Shown here piece after piece: positions 44,412 through 54,663 of a DNA stretch of 64,000 nt (positions are counted from its first letter, which is position 1; each line of letters opens with the position of its first letter). The position numbers and the translations under genes were made by a program. The notes under the pieces were generated by a model, which did not search any database, was not told where the DNA came from, and worked only from the letters and a program-made list of their open reading frames with translations. The DNA comes from Acidobacteriaceae bacterium (lineage in GTDB: Bacteria; Acidobacteriota; Terriglobia; Terriglobales; Acidobacteriaceae), in contig JARLFY010000004.1 in NCBI GenBank assembly GCA_031296325.1, positions 58-64,057 on the forward strand. The letters run 5' to 3'.

Positions 44412-45374
44412 AAGTCCGGAGATACTACGCATGGCCTTTGCGGGAATCAGCAGCGTCAAGGCCTGTGGCACTACCTCGATCCGCACCGGCAGGGTTCCCA
44501 GCAACTCTCCATCTGCCTCCACAAACAGCCGTTCCGCCGAGACCTCCCGATTGCGGCACTCCACCGACACGCACTTCACCAACTCAATCGTGCGCGCGTA
44601 GCGATGGCGTCCGAAGATTACAGACGTTAAAAATCGCAGGTACCTTATGCGGCTGAACGTCTTGAAAGCAATCACTCGCAGCTTGCCGTTGCTGATGGAG
44701 GCTCCCGGCACCAGATTGTTCACTAGACCGCCAAAGTTGCTGATGCGCACGGCCAGCAGTTGAGAGACTTCTTCGTCTCGCGGCGTCTCGCTATCAATCT
44801 CCATAAACGATGCGGTAAACATGGGAAACGTGTAGGTCGCCCACAGACGAAGCGCCTCCACCAGATACACTACGTAACCGAACCTCTGCTTCAATCGCGA
44901 GTCCAGCCGCGAGAAGAAAAAAGCGTCCGCGCCAACTCCCGCCGCGACAATAAAATAGCGCGAGCGATCACCGCCCTCCACACTGCGATAGAAGACATGC
45001 CCCACTGAAATTCGTACCGGCGTCGCGGTCAGTAGCATCTTCACCGCCTTCACCGGCGATGACGGCAGCCCCAGATCCGTAGCCAGAGCGTTCGCCGTTC
45101 CCATGGGGATCACTCCCAGCGCGGCCGAGCCTCCAACCAGGCTCTGCAAGACCTCATGTACGGTGCCATCGCCGCCACAGGCCAGAATCGTGTCGCATCC
45201 TTCGCGCACCGCCTCTTGCGCCTGCCTTCCCGCGCTCTCTGGCGATTCGGTAGCGATGATTCTTACCTCAATCCCTGCGCCGTGGAGTGCGGCCTGCACC
45301 TCGGCAATCTGTGTCGCTCGTCGTTCAGGATGTTGCCCGGACATGGGGTTGTAGATCAGTGCGACACGACGCAT
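44409..45374 (-). CDS. Diacylglycerol/lipid kinase family protein (YegS/BmrU-like)
   Basis: IYNPMSG, GGDGTVHEV, PMGTANALA, EADGE. Confidence 0.88.
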   Translation of the reverse strand: MRRVALIYNPMSGQHPERRATQIAEVQAALHGAGIEVRIIATESPESAGRQAQEAVREGCDTILACGGDGTVHEVLQSLVGGSAALGVIPMGTANALATDLGLPSSPVKAVKMLLTATPVRISVGHVFYRSVEGGDRSRYFIVAAGVGADAFFFSRLDSRLKQRFGYVVYLVEALRLWATYTFPMFTASFMEIDSETPRDEEVSQLLAVRISNFGGLVNNLVPGASISNGKLRVIAFKTFSRIRYLRFLTSVIFGRHRYARTIELVKCVSVECRNREVSAERLFVEADGELLGTLPVRIEVVPQALTLLIPAKAMRSISGL

Positions 45375-45589
45375 CAGAGATTCCCTCCTGGCCTCTTTGG
45401 GCACTGCCTGGGCCGATCCACTCCATACTCTCACATGTTGTTTAGCAACAGATGTTTGAGGTTCAGCGGATGCAAGGGATTGCTCGCCGCTTCTTCCTTT
45501 CAGAGCCTTCGGCGGGAGTGTTCTGTGCAGACTGGAGCAACGTGGCTTTAATACAGTCACTCTGGTTTTGATCTAGCCGGATCGAAAGA

Positions 45590-45623
45590 ACGACAGAGAT
45601 TCTGAGCTTCGCTCAGAATGACG
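45590..45623. repeat. REP-like palindrome
   Basis: ACGACAGAGATTCTGAGCTTCGCTCAGAATGACG, same type as the copy near 3634-3665. Confidence 0.65.
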
Positions 45624-45681
45624 CCTCAAAGAAAGGAATGATGCCTCAAGGGGTGGATGCCATCCTTCCGGGGATTGGAGG

Positions 45682-46107
45682 TCAGGCGGCAGGGGTGACG
45701 CAGTGGGCGTCGAAGGCGCGGGTCAGTTCTTGGGCGATGGCTGGGGCGGTTGAGGTTTCGATGGCGGAGCGCTGCATCAGGTAAACGAGCTGGCCGTCGC
45801 GCAGGATGGCGATGGCGGGAGAGGTGGGAGGGTTTCCGGCGAAGTAGCTGCGGGCGCGCTCGGTGGCCTCGGCATCCTGTCCGGCGAAGACGGTGAGGGC
45901 GTGGTTGGGCTTGATGTCGTGTTGCAGGGCGAGGCGCACAGCGGGACGCATCTTGCCAGCAGCGCATCCGCAGATGGAGTTGACGACCAGCAGGGTGGTT
46001 CCGGACTGCGCCAGTGCGGAATCGACCTCGGCGGCGGTGCGAGCCTCGGCGAGGCCGGCCTTGGTCAGTTCTTCGCGCATGGGAATCAGCATGATCTCTG
46101 GGTACAT
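45682..46107 (-). CDS. Bacilliredoxin (BrxA/BrxB family)
   Basis: PMREELT, VNSICGCAAG..RP, TVFAGQD.EAT..AR. Confidence 0.9.
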   Translation of the reverse strand: MYPEIMLIPMREELTKAGLAEARTAAEVDSALAQSGTTLLVVNSICGCAAGKMRPAVRLALQHDIKPNHALTVFAGQDAEATERARSYFAGNPPTSPAIAILRDGQLVYLMQRSAIETSTAPAIAQELTRAFDAHCVTPAA

Positions 46108-46242
46108 GGAATCTCCTCCGGGTTTTCTACGGGCAAAATTGTCTCTCAGTGAGCTATTGCAGCACTGATTAAATGGATGAGTCAGAGGGTGTGCCGGATG
46201 CATTACTTCTGATAAACGAGAAGTTGCAATACTCTAGGAGAC

Positions 46243-47310
46243 GTGACGATTCTTGAAAATATTTCTTTGGCTAAATACACCACGCTGGGCGTGGGCGGAG
46301 CGGCTCGCTGGTTTGTCGAGGCAGACGGCGACGAGGAGATTCTGGCGGCGGTGCGTTTTGCCCGTGCGCAGGGCGTGGGGCACTTCCTGCTGGGCGGAGG
46401 AAGCAACCTGCTGGTGAGCGACGAGGGATACAGCGGCGTGGTGATCCACATGGCCAAGTCTGGACTGGCCTGGGTGGACGAGGGCGATGGGTTCGCCTGC
46501 ATTCTTGCCGGAGCCGGAACCGAATGGGATCAGGTAGTGCAGCTTGCGGTGGAGAAGAACTGCTCCGGGATTGAGTGCCTTGCAGGGATTCCGGGCAGTG
46601 TGGGAGCCTCGCCGGTGCAAAATATTGGAGCGTATGGGCAGGAGGTCTCGCACAGCATTCTGAACCTGCGCGCGCTGGATCTGGAGACGGAGAAGGTCGT
46701 CGATATTTCGGCCAGCGAGTGCGGCTTTGGCTATCGGCGCAGCCTGTTCAACTCGACTCAGAAGGGGCGGTACGCAATTACGCGCGTGGTCTATTCGTTG
46801 AAGATAGGAGGCGCGCCGTGGCTGGAGTATCGCGATGTAAAGCAATACTTTGCCGAGCGCGGCGGAGTCCAACCGTCGCTGGCGGAGGTGGCCGCCGCAG
46901 TGCGGGAGATTCGCGCGCGCAAGGGAATGCTGTACGCCGAGGACGATCAGGACTCGCATAGCGCGGGATCGTTCTTCAAAAATCCAGTGGTGCGAGCCGA
47001 TGCGGTGGCTGGGCTGGCGGCGTTGGCGGGATGTGGCGCCGAGGAGGTGCCGCAGTATCCGACGGGGGATGCGGCAAGGGTGAAGCTGTCGGCGGCCTGG
47101 CTGATCGAGCGGTCGGGCTTTACCAAGGGCCTTGCCATGGGGCGAGCGGCTCTGTCGAGCAAGCACGTTCTGGCGATTGTGAATCGCGGCGGAGCGACGG
47201 CGGGCGAGATCGTTGACCTGCGCGATGCGGTTCTGGATGGCGTACAGGCGCGGACGGGGATTCGCCTGGAACAGGAGCCAGTGTCGCTGGGATTTGCGCC
47301 GCCGAGTTAA
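46243..47310 (+). CDS. murB: UDP-N-acetylmuramate dehydrogenase
   Basis: GGGSN, GIPGSVG, QNIGAYG, FGYR, AGSFFKNP, LEQEP. Confidence 0.95.
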   Translation: MTILENISLAKYTTLGVGGAARWFVEADGDEEILAAVRFARAQGVGHFLLGGGSNLLVSDEGYSGVVIHMAKSGLAWVDEGDGFACILAGAGTEWDQVVQLAVEKNCSGIECLAGIPGSVGASPVQNIGAYGQEVSHSILNLRALDLETEKVVDISASECGFGYRRSLFNSTQKGRYAITRVVYSLKIGGAPWLEYRDVKQYFAERGGVQPSLAEVAAAVREIRARKGMLYAEDDQDSHSAGSFFKNPVVRADAVAGLAALAGCGAEEVPQYPTGDAARVKLSAAWLIERSGFTKGLAMGRAALSSKHVLAIVNRGGATAGEIVDLRDAVLDGVQARTGIRLEQEPVSLGFAPPS

Positions 47311-47401
47311 AGCGCTCTGATTGAATTGGCGGAGTTTGTGGGGTTGCGCGGAGATTTTTTGGGCGGATTCGTCCTCATGCGATAGGCTAATAGGCAAGAC
47401 C

Positions 47402-48817
47402 ATGAGCGCGACACATCAACTACGATGCACCAACTGCGGCACACGGATCGCAGCAGAGGCGGTTCGCAGCGACTTTCGCTGTCCGGATTGCAAGGGACTT
47501 TATGAAGTGATCTATCCCTGGAGCGAGGGATGGAGCGCGGAGACGACGGCGAGCGCCGAGGTACGAGCGACCGATCCGGTTCGGCTTCCCAATCCCGGCG
47601 GACTGCGCCACCTGTGGCAGGAGCGCAAGACCTCGACCATGGGCGTCGATCAGAGCGGAGTCTGGCGGTTCCGCGAGATGCTGCCCTTCATGCGCGACGT
47701 GGAGAAGGTCGTCACGCTGCGCGAGGGCAATACGCCGCTGTATGAAATGCCTCGCTGCGCGGAGATCGCCGGCGTGGACTGGCTCTTCGCCAAGCATCAG
47801 GGGATGAATCCCACCGGCTCGTTCAAGGACACGGGAATGACGGCGGCGCTGTCGGTGGCCGTGGAACGTGGCTTTGAGTGGGTGGCCTGCGCCTCGACCG
47901 GAAACACCTCCGCCGCGATGGCTGCCTATGCCGCACGCGCCGGACTGCGCTCGATCGTCTTCATTCCCGAGGGCAAGATCGCCTGGGGCAAGCTGTCGCA
48001 GTCGATGGACTACGGCGCGCTGACGATTCAGTTGAAGACGGACTTCGACGGCTGCCTGAAGCTGTTGACCAAGCTCGTCCAGCAGTTCCCGATCTACCTG
48101 CTTAACTCAGTCAACCCCTATCGGCTGGAGGGTCAGAAGACCCCGGCGATGGAGATTCTGGAGCAGTTGGAGTGGCAGGTTCCAGAGCATCTGGTGGTTC
48201 CCGGCGGAAACTTGGGCAACTCGTCGGCGCTGGGCAAGGGTTTTCTGGAGATGAAGCATCTGGGGCTGATCTCTCGCGTGCCGAAGATCCATGTGATTCA
48301 GGCGCAGGGAGCGAACCCGCTCTATCGCTGGTACAACGACGCGAACAAGTCGATGCAGCCGGTGTCGGCGCATACGCGGGCGACGGCGATCCAGATCGGC
48401 AATCCGGCGAGCTGGCTGAAGGCTTCGCGCGTGATCGAAGAGACTGGCGGATGGTGCGAGCAGGTCAATGAGCAGGAGATTGCGCTGGCCAAAGCACAGA
48501 TCGGAGCCGAGGGAGTGGGCTGCGAGCCGGCCTCCGCCGTGACGCTGGCCGGACTGAAGAAGCTGGTGGCGCAGGGACGAGTGACGCGCGAGGAGCGTGT
48601 GGTTCTGCTGCTGACGGGGCACACGCTGAAGGACTCGCAGTACACCATCGACTTCCACAAGAACGAGTTGCTGACGGCGGAGGAGACGGCTGGAGCGACC
48701 GACGTCGAACGCGCGCAGCATGATGCGCTACGCAAGCCACCGATGGTTCTGGAAGCCGACGAGTCGGTGATTATAAAGGCGCTGACGGCGCGGATGGCTA
48801 CGGTCGGAGCGCGATGA
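47402..48817 (+). CDS. thrC: Threonine synthase
   Basis: EGNTP, NPTGSFKD, ASTGNT, PGGNLGN, EPASA; N-terminal zinc ribbon. Confidence 0.93.
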   Translation: MSATHQLRCTNCGTRIAAEAVRSDFRCPDCKGLYEVIYPWSEGWSAETTASAEVRATDPVRLPNPGGLRHLWQERKTSTMGVDQSGVWRFREMLPFMRDVEKVVTLREGNTPLYEMPRCAEIAGVDWLFAKHQGMNPTGSFKDTGMTAALSVAVERGFEWVACASTGNTSAAMAAYAARAGLRSIVFIPEGKIAWGKLSQSMDYGALTIQLKTDFDGCLKLLTKLVQQFPIYLLNSVNPYRLEGQKTPAMEILEQLEWQVPEHLVVPGGNLGNSSALGKGFLEMKHLGLISRVPKIHVIQAQGANPLYRWYNDANKSMQPVSAHTRATAIQIGNPASWLKASRVIEETGGWCEQVNEQEIALAKAQIGAEGVGCEPASAVTLAGLKKLVAQGRVTREERVVLLLTGHTLKDSQYTIDFHKNELLTAEETAGATDVERAQHDALRKPPMVLEADESVIIKALTARMATVGAR

Positions 48818-49806
48818 GCGAGAGCGCAGGGATGGATTCGGGCCTGATTGCAGGGGAGATCGCGGGGAAGCCGATTGCAGGCGTTCGTCTGCGGCTGCCT
48901 GCCACCTCGGCGAATCTTGGGCCGGGATTCGATGCGGTGGGGCTGGCGATGGGGTTGGCGCTGACCATCGACGCGACGGTGCATACGCCGGGTGGTCAGG
49001 AGTTGACGATTGTGGCGACCGGGCGCGATGCGGGGCGATGTTCGCGCACCAAGAACAACATGATCTTCGAGACCTATCGCGATCTGTTGCAGCGCGCTGG
49101 TCGCACTGTGCTGCCGCTTGGTCTGCGGATTCACAACGAGATTCCGCTGGGGATGGGTTGTGGGTCGAGCGCGGCGGCGTTGCTGGCGGGAGTCCTGTTG
49201 GCCAATCACTTCGGCGAGCTGGGCTGGAGCCTGCACACCTGCATGGAGGAGGCCTGCCGACGCGAAGGGCATCCCGACAATGTGGCGGCCTGCGCACTGG
49301 GATTTTTGACGGCCTCGGCGGTCTCCGATGGCTCGGTGGTTGCGGCGACCTGCGGCGAGGAATTGAAGTGGAAGCTGCTGTTGGCGCTGCCCTCGGCGAG
49401 TCTGGCGACAGAGAAGGCAAGGGCGTTGCTGCCTGTGAATTACAGTCGGGCCGACGCCGTGGCAAACGTGCAGAGGACGGCGCTGCTGATCTCGGCCTTC
49501 GCGCTGGGACGCGGCGATCTGCTGCGCGTGGCGATGCAGGATCGGCTGCATCAGCCCTATCGCATGGAGGTCTGCCCGCTGCTGCCGCTCCTGCTGCCGA
49601 TGGCCGGAGAGCCGGGAGTTCTGGGCGTGGCGTTGAGCGGCGCTGGGCCGGGAGTGCTGCTGGTGGTCGAGGCCAAGGCTGCGGTGGACGAGATCGTCAT
49701 GCGGATTCGCAGCGTGGCCGGAGATCCGGCGCTGGAGATTGTTGAGACGCGGATTGGTTCAGGCGCTTTGCAATCTCCTCTTCCGCTACAGGTCTCTCGT
49801 TTGTAA
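48814..49806 (+). CDS. thrB: Homoserine kinase
   Basis: PATSANLGPGFD, GMGCGSS, EGHPDN, SGAGP. Confidence 0.94.
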   Translation: MSESAGMDSGLIAGEIAGKPIAGVRLRLPATSANLGPGFDAVGLAMGLALTIDATVHTPGGQELTIVATGRDAGRCSRTKNNMIFETYRDLLQRAGRTVLPLGLRIHNEIPLGMGCGSSAAALLAGVLLANHFGELGWSLHTCMEEACRREGHPDNVAACALGFLTASAVSDGSVVAATCGEELKWKLLLALPSASLATEKARALLPVNYSRADAVANVQRTALLISAFALGRGDLLRVAMQDRLHQPYRMEVCPLLPLLLPMAGEPGVLGVALSGAGPGVLLVVEAKAAVDEIVMRIRSVAGDPALEIVETRIGSGALQSPLPLQVSRL

Positions 49807-49951
49807 GGAACCTCCACGGAGATTTGCAGATGTCTGCTGCGCACGCAGCATAGTTCCGCTCACATGTTTCACACGCTATTGCAACGACGGATGGATGCCG
49901 ATAGAGGCACAAGAGGCTTGCGGCAGAGAACGTAGAACGGGCTTTTGACTA

Positions 49952-50065
49952 TAGAACTTTTACTGCATTGCTATGGATCATAATTCTTTGTCATTCCGCA
50001 GCGAAGCGAAGGAATCTGCTTTTCTCGTTACGCTACGGTCTATGCCATAGGGGCGGAATGCTCTA
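49952..50065 (-). mobile_element. Complete MITE-like element, TA-bounded
   Basis: TAGAACTTTTACTGCATTGCTATGG...TGTCATTCCGCAGCGAAGCGAAGGAATCTGC...GGTCTATGCCATAGGGGCGGAATGCTCTA. Confidence 0.75.
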
Positions 50066-50159
50066 GTTTCTGGCAGAATCTTCTGCCCTTGTCTGGTTGA
50101 CTCACCCGACTTTCGCTGGCTGCATCGAGCGGGATGCGGCACGGCATAGGTTCTACGCC

Positions 50160-53100
50160 ATGCGTGTGCAGAGTTCATTACAGAGTGGTCGAGAACGGCG
50201 GAGTCTCCTCCTCAGACGCTGCATGGCTGAGTTCTGCGAGGCGGTACGGCTGCGAGCCTTTCTGGGTGTGCTGTTGCTCCTCGGCCTCGTAAGCGCATCG
50301 GTTCAGGGAGCGAGCCTGAGTGCGGCGTGGACTGCGGTGGGGCCAGCGCAGATTGCCAGCCAGCGCTACGGCACGGTCAGCGGGCGAGTGACGGCGGTGG
50401 CGATTGATCCGGTGGACTCGACCGGCAACACGGTCTATGTGGGGACGACCGGCGGCGGAGTATGGAAGTCGACCAACGCGGCAGGGCTAGCGGCGAGCGT
50501 AACCTTTGCTCCGCTGACCGATACGCTGTCGGTCTTCAGCGCGAACGCGGGAACGGCGGTGATGCCATCGCTGACGATTGGCGCGCTGAGCGTGAGTCAG
50601 GCGAGCGGTCTCGACGTAATTCTGGCCGGAACGGGCGACCCGAACGACGCGGCGGACTCCTACTACGGCGAGGGGATTCTGCGCTCGACCGATGGCGGCG
50701 TAACCTGGACGCTGGTGCAGCAGTCCAGCGATAGTCCCGCAGCCAATCACTCCTTCGTAGGACTGAGCGTGGCGGGATTTGCGTGGAGCAGCGCATCGCC
50801 GGGACTGGTGGTTGCGGCGCTCTCGCAGTCCGAAGAGGGAGTGCTGGTCAACGCGCCCAACACGTCCTACAGCGTAATGGGGCTTTACTACTCGGCCGAC
50901 GCGGGCGTGACCTGGCAGATGGCGACGATCAAGGATGGAAGTCAGACGGTGCAGCAGGCCTCCTCTGCGGCGTATCCGGGAAACGCCGCGACGGCGGTGG
51001 TCTGGAACCCGGTGCGGCAGATGTTCTACGCGGCGGTGCGCTATCACGGATACTATCAATCGTCCGACGGCGTGGCCTGGACGCGGCTGGCCAATCAGCC
51101 GGGAACGGGGCTGAGCACGACGGCTTGCCCGACCAATCCCAACGCGACCGGCAGTTCCGCTTGCCCGATCTTTCGCGGCGCGCTGGCCGTGCAGCCGACG
51201 ACCGGAGACACCTTCGCGCTGACGGTGGATGCGAACAATCTCGATCAGGGACTGTGGCAGGACGTGTGCGGGCTTTCGGGATCGAACTGCGTGCAGAGTC
51301 CCATTGCGTTCGGGAGCCATCTGAACTCGACCGCGCTGGAGGTGGGTAGCGGAGGTGCGCCTACGACGATTGCGCAGGGCGATTACAACCTGTCGCTGGC
51401 GGCGGTGGCGACGGGCACGGGTTCGAGTGCGGACACGCTGCTCTTTGCCGGAACCATGGATCTCTACCGCTGCTCGCTGGCCGCTGGATGCGCGGTGTTG
51501 CGCAACACGACCAACGCGAACAATGGATGTACCAATCCGGCGATGGTCTCCCCGTCGCAGCACGCCATCGCCACGCTGGCAGGCGCAGGAATGGGAAACA
51601 CTCCAGCGCTGGTCTATGTGGGCAACGACGGCGGTCTGTGGCGCTCGCTCGACGGCGTGGATCAGCAGCAGGCGGCTTGCTCGTCGGACGACGCAAACCA
51701 CTTTCAGAATCTGAACGGCGGGCTGGGTTCGCTGGCCGAGGTGGTCAGCTTCGCGCAGCATCCAAGCGATCCAGCGACTCTTCTGGCCGGTCTGGGCGCG
51801 AACGGAACCGTCGGCACAGGCGCGGCGGCTGCGACTGCGGCTTGGCCGCAGATTGCAGCAGGCGAGGGCGGAACGGTCGCCATCGACCAGAGCACTCCGC
51901 AGAACTGGTACGTCTCGACCGAGTCCGGCGTGAGCCTCCGCACCTGCGGCAGCGGGAGTAGCTGCGCGGCGGCGAACTTTGCTGGCTCGCCGACCATCGG
52001 CTATGCGCAGGTGGACAGCGACGCCTCGCTGATCTACGAGCCGTTCCTGCTCGATCCGGCACTGACCAGCGAGGTCTTGATCGGCACGTGCAGAGTCTGG
52101 CGCGGGCTGGCCGAGAGCGGCGCGGGCTGGCCGGGGTCGAGCAACATCAGCACAATGTTTGCTGGGCCGCAGAACGCGGCCTGCAACGCGACAAACAATG
52201 CGATGGTGCGTTCGCTGGCGGCGGGCGGGCCTGCGAGCGGCGTTTCGGCGGTGCAGAATGCCGGTTCGACCGTGCTGTATGCAGGCATGGCGGGAACCTA
52301 CGACGGCGGGTCAAGCGTCCCCGGCCATCTCTTCGCGAACTACGCGGCGGGCGGTGCGAACAGCAACTCGACCTGGACAGACGTGGCCAAATCGACGGTG
52401 AGCAATGTTACCGGCGGGGTATTCAATCCCGGCGGATTCGATCTCTCGTCCGTCGTGGTCGATGCACACGACGCGACCGGGATGACGGTCTATGCGACGG
52501 TCGAGGGCTTCAGCGGCAATGGCGTAAACGCCGCGCATGTGTACCGCTCCACCAACGGCGGCGCGAGTTGGGCCAACATCAGCAGCAATCTGCCGAACTC
52601 TCCGGCGAACGGACTGGTGGTCGATCCGAACGACGCGAACACGCTCTACGTTGCGATGGATGCAGGCGTATACGCCACGACGGCGGTAACGACTTGCGCG
52701 ACCGCGACGGTGAACTGCTGGGGCGTCTACGGAACCAGCCTGCCCAATGCGCCAATCGTCTCGCTGGCTGCTGCGGCGAAGATGGCTACCGGCGATGGTC
52801 GCTTCGGCGAGCTGCGCGCGGCGACCTACGGACGCGGCATCTGGCAGATTCCGCTGCTGACGGCGGCGTATCCAGCGGCACCCGCGATGACGCTGAACCC
52901 GACCAGCCTGAGCTTTGCCGCGCAGGCGGTGGCGACGGCGAGTGCGGCACAGGCGATTACGGTGACGAACTCCGGCAATGCTTCGCTGAGCATCGCGTCG
53001 CTTGCGACCTCGGGCGACTTCAGCGAGACCGATAACTGCGTTGGATCTGCGATTGCTGTGAATGCGAGTTGCACAGTGCAAGTGAAGTTTCTGCCAGCGC

Positions 53101-54635
53101 AGACGGGCGCTCGCACGGGCCTGCTGACGATCTACGGCAATGTTGCGGGCGGTCAGGCGACGGTTGCCCTGTCCGGCGTGGGGACGACGGCGGCGTCGAT
53201 TGCTCTGAGCCCGATTACGCTGACCTTTGCGACGACCAACGTGGGCGCGACCAGCGCGGCGCAGAGCATCGCCATCTCGAACACGGGCGGCCTTCCGGCG
53301 ACGTTACAGACGCCGACGATTACGGGCGACTTCCTCCTCTCGGCGAATACTTGCGGAACGACGCTGGCAGCCAACAGCGGATGCACCGTCTCCATTGAGT
53401 TTCAGCCGACGGCCTCCGGCACGCGCACTGGCTTCTTCAGCATCGCCGACAGCGTGGGGACGCAGACCGCATCCTTGAGCGGCGTAGCGCAACTGCCCGC
53501 GACCGATGCGCTGACACCGCTGGCCCTCACCTTCGCCGCGCAGCAGTTGAATACGACCAGCGCGACGCAACAGGTAACGCTGACCAACAGCGGCGATGTG
53601 GCGCTGACGTTGATCTCGGCGGTGATTGCCAGCGGCGACTTCAGCGTCGTCAACGGCTGCGGAAGCTCGCTGATCGGACACTCAAGCTGCTCGCTGGTGG
53701 TGACATTTATTCCGAAGAACATTGGCGCGGAGACGGGCGTTCTGGCCGTCTCCGACACATACCGCAGCCAGACGGTGACGCTGAGCGGAACCGGAGTCGC
53801 CCCCGCCGGAGTCTCGCTTGCGCCGGTCTCGACGCTTGCCTTCGCGGCTACGGGAGTGGGTCTTAGATCGCCAGCGCAGACGGCAACTCTGACCAACAAC
53901 GGCGGGATGCCGTTGACGATTCAGAGCATTACGACGACCGGAGACTTCGCCATCGTCGCGGGCGGCAACACCTGCGGGACAAGTCTTTCGGTTGGCGCGG
54001 CGTGTACCGTGCAGATCGTCTTTGCGCCCACGGCGACCGCTGCGCGCGCTGGTACCTTCACCGTGACAAACAACGCAGCCTCGTCGCCGCAGAGCCTGCA
54101 GTTGACAGGAACCGGCGTGGACTTCGCGCTGGCCGCAAACGGCAGTCCGACGGCGACGATCTCGCCGGGCAGCAATGCGGTTTATCCGCTGCTGCTCAGC
54201 TCGGCGGCGGGAGTTCCGGGAATGACGATATTTACCTGCGCACCGATTCCGGCCCATGCGACCTGCGTAGTCAATCCGGCTACAGCAACACTGGGCGCGA
54301 CAACGCCGATCACGGTCACGGTTGCGACCAGCGTTGCCGGGGCGGAGCTGCTCTGGCCGGAGATTCCCGGCAAGTCGCCGCTGGTCTGGCTCGCGCTGCT
54401 GCTGCCCGTGGGATTATTTGGGATGGGACGACGACGCATACTGCGAGTTAGCGCATTTGTTGCGCTGTGCTGCGTTTTGGCGGTCGCGGGATGCGGCAAC
54501 TCGCGGATGATTCCACAGAGTACTTCGGGCGGCGGTGGTACGACTCCGACGCCGAGCGGAACCTATAATTTTGTGGTCTCAGCGACCAGCACCGGACTGA
54601 CGCGCAGCGTGAACCTGACGCTGATCGTGCAGTGA
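50160..54635 (+). CDS. Large secreted protein: Asp-box (BNR) beta-propeller, four ASH/Ig-like domains, C-terminal membrane/lipobox module
   Basis: GRVTAVAIDP, repeated SxDGGxTW, TYGRGIW; four P.SL.F...Q..TLTN.G...GDF...NxC...C.V...F.P units; start at 50160 or 50223. Confidence 0.85.
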   Translation: MRVQSSLQSGRERRSLLLRRCMAEFCEAVRLRAFLGVLLLLGLVSASVQGASLSAAWTAVGPAQIASQRYGTVSGRVTAVAIDPVDSTGNTVYVGTTGGGVWKSTNAAGLAASVTFAPLTDTLSVFSANAGTAVMPSLTIGALSVSQASGLDVILAGTGDPNDAADSYYGEGILRSTDGGVTWTLVQQSSDSPAANHSFVGLSVAGFAWSSASPGLVVAALSQSEEGVLVNAPNTSYSVMGLYYSADAGVTWQMATIKDGSQTVQQASSAAYPGNAATAVVWNPVRQMFYAAVRYHGYYQSSDGVAWTRLANQPGTGLSTTACPTNPNATGSSACPIFRGALAVQPTTGDTFALTVDANNLDQGLWQDVCGLSGSNCVQSPIAFGSHLNSTALEVGSGGAPTTIAQGDYNLSLAAVATGTGSSADTLLFAGTMDLYRCSLAAGCAVLRNTTNANNGCTNPAMVSPSQHAIATLAGAGMGNTPALVYVGNDGGLWRSLDGVDQQQAACSSDDANHFQNLNGGLGSLAEVVSFAQHPSDPATLLAGLGANGTVGTGAAAATAAWPQIAAGEGGTVAIDQSTPQNWYVSTESGVSLRTCGSGSSCAAANFAGSPTIGYAQVDSDASLIYEPFLLDPALTSEVLIGTCRVWRGLAESGAGWPGSSNISTMFAGPQNAACNATNNAMVRSLAAGGPASGVSAVQNAGSTVLYAGMAGTYDGGSSVPGHLFANYAAGGANSNSTWTDVAKSTVSNVTGGVFNPGGFDLSSVVVDAHDATGMTVYATVEGFSGNGVNAAHVYRSTNGGASWANISSNLPNSPANGLVVDPNDANTLYVAMDAGVYATTAVTTCATATVNCWGVYGTSLPNAPIVSLAAAAKMATGDGRFGELRAATYGRGIWQIPLLTAAYPAAPAMTLNPTSLSFAAQAVATASAAQAITVTNSGNASLSIASLATSGDFSETDNCVGSAIAVNASCTVQVKFLPAQTGARTGLLTIYGNVAGGQATVALSGVGTTAASIALSPITLTFATTNVGATSAAQSIAISNTGGLPATLQTPTITGDFLLSANTCGTTLAANSGCTVSIEFQPTASGTRTGFFSIADSVGTQTASLSGVAQLPATDALTPLALTFAAQQLNTTSATQQVTLTNSGDVALTLISAVIASGDFSVVNGCGSSLIGHSSCSLVVTFIPKNIGAETGVLAVSDTYRSQTVTLSGTGVAPAGVSLAPVSTLAFAATGVGLRSPAQTATLTNNGGMPLTIQSITTTGDFAIVAGGNTCGTSLSVGAACTVQIVFAPTATAARAGTFTVTNNAASSPQSLQLTGTGVDFALAANGSPTATISPGSNAVYPLLLSSAAGVPGMTIFTCAPIPAHATCVVNPATATLGATTPITVTVATSVAGAELLWPEIPGKSPLVWLALLLPVGLFGMGRRRILRVSAFVALCCVLAVAGCGNSRMIPQSTSGGGGTTPTPSGTYNFVVSATSTGLTRSVNLTLIVQ

Positions 54636-54663
54636 TTCCGTAGAACTATTTCATTAGCATTGC

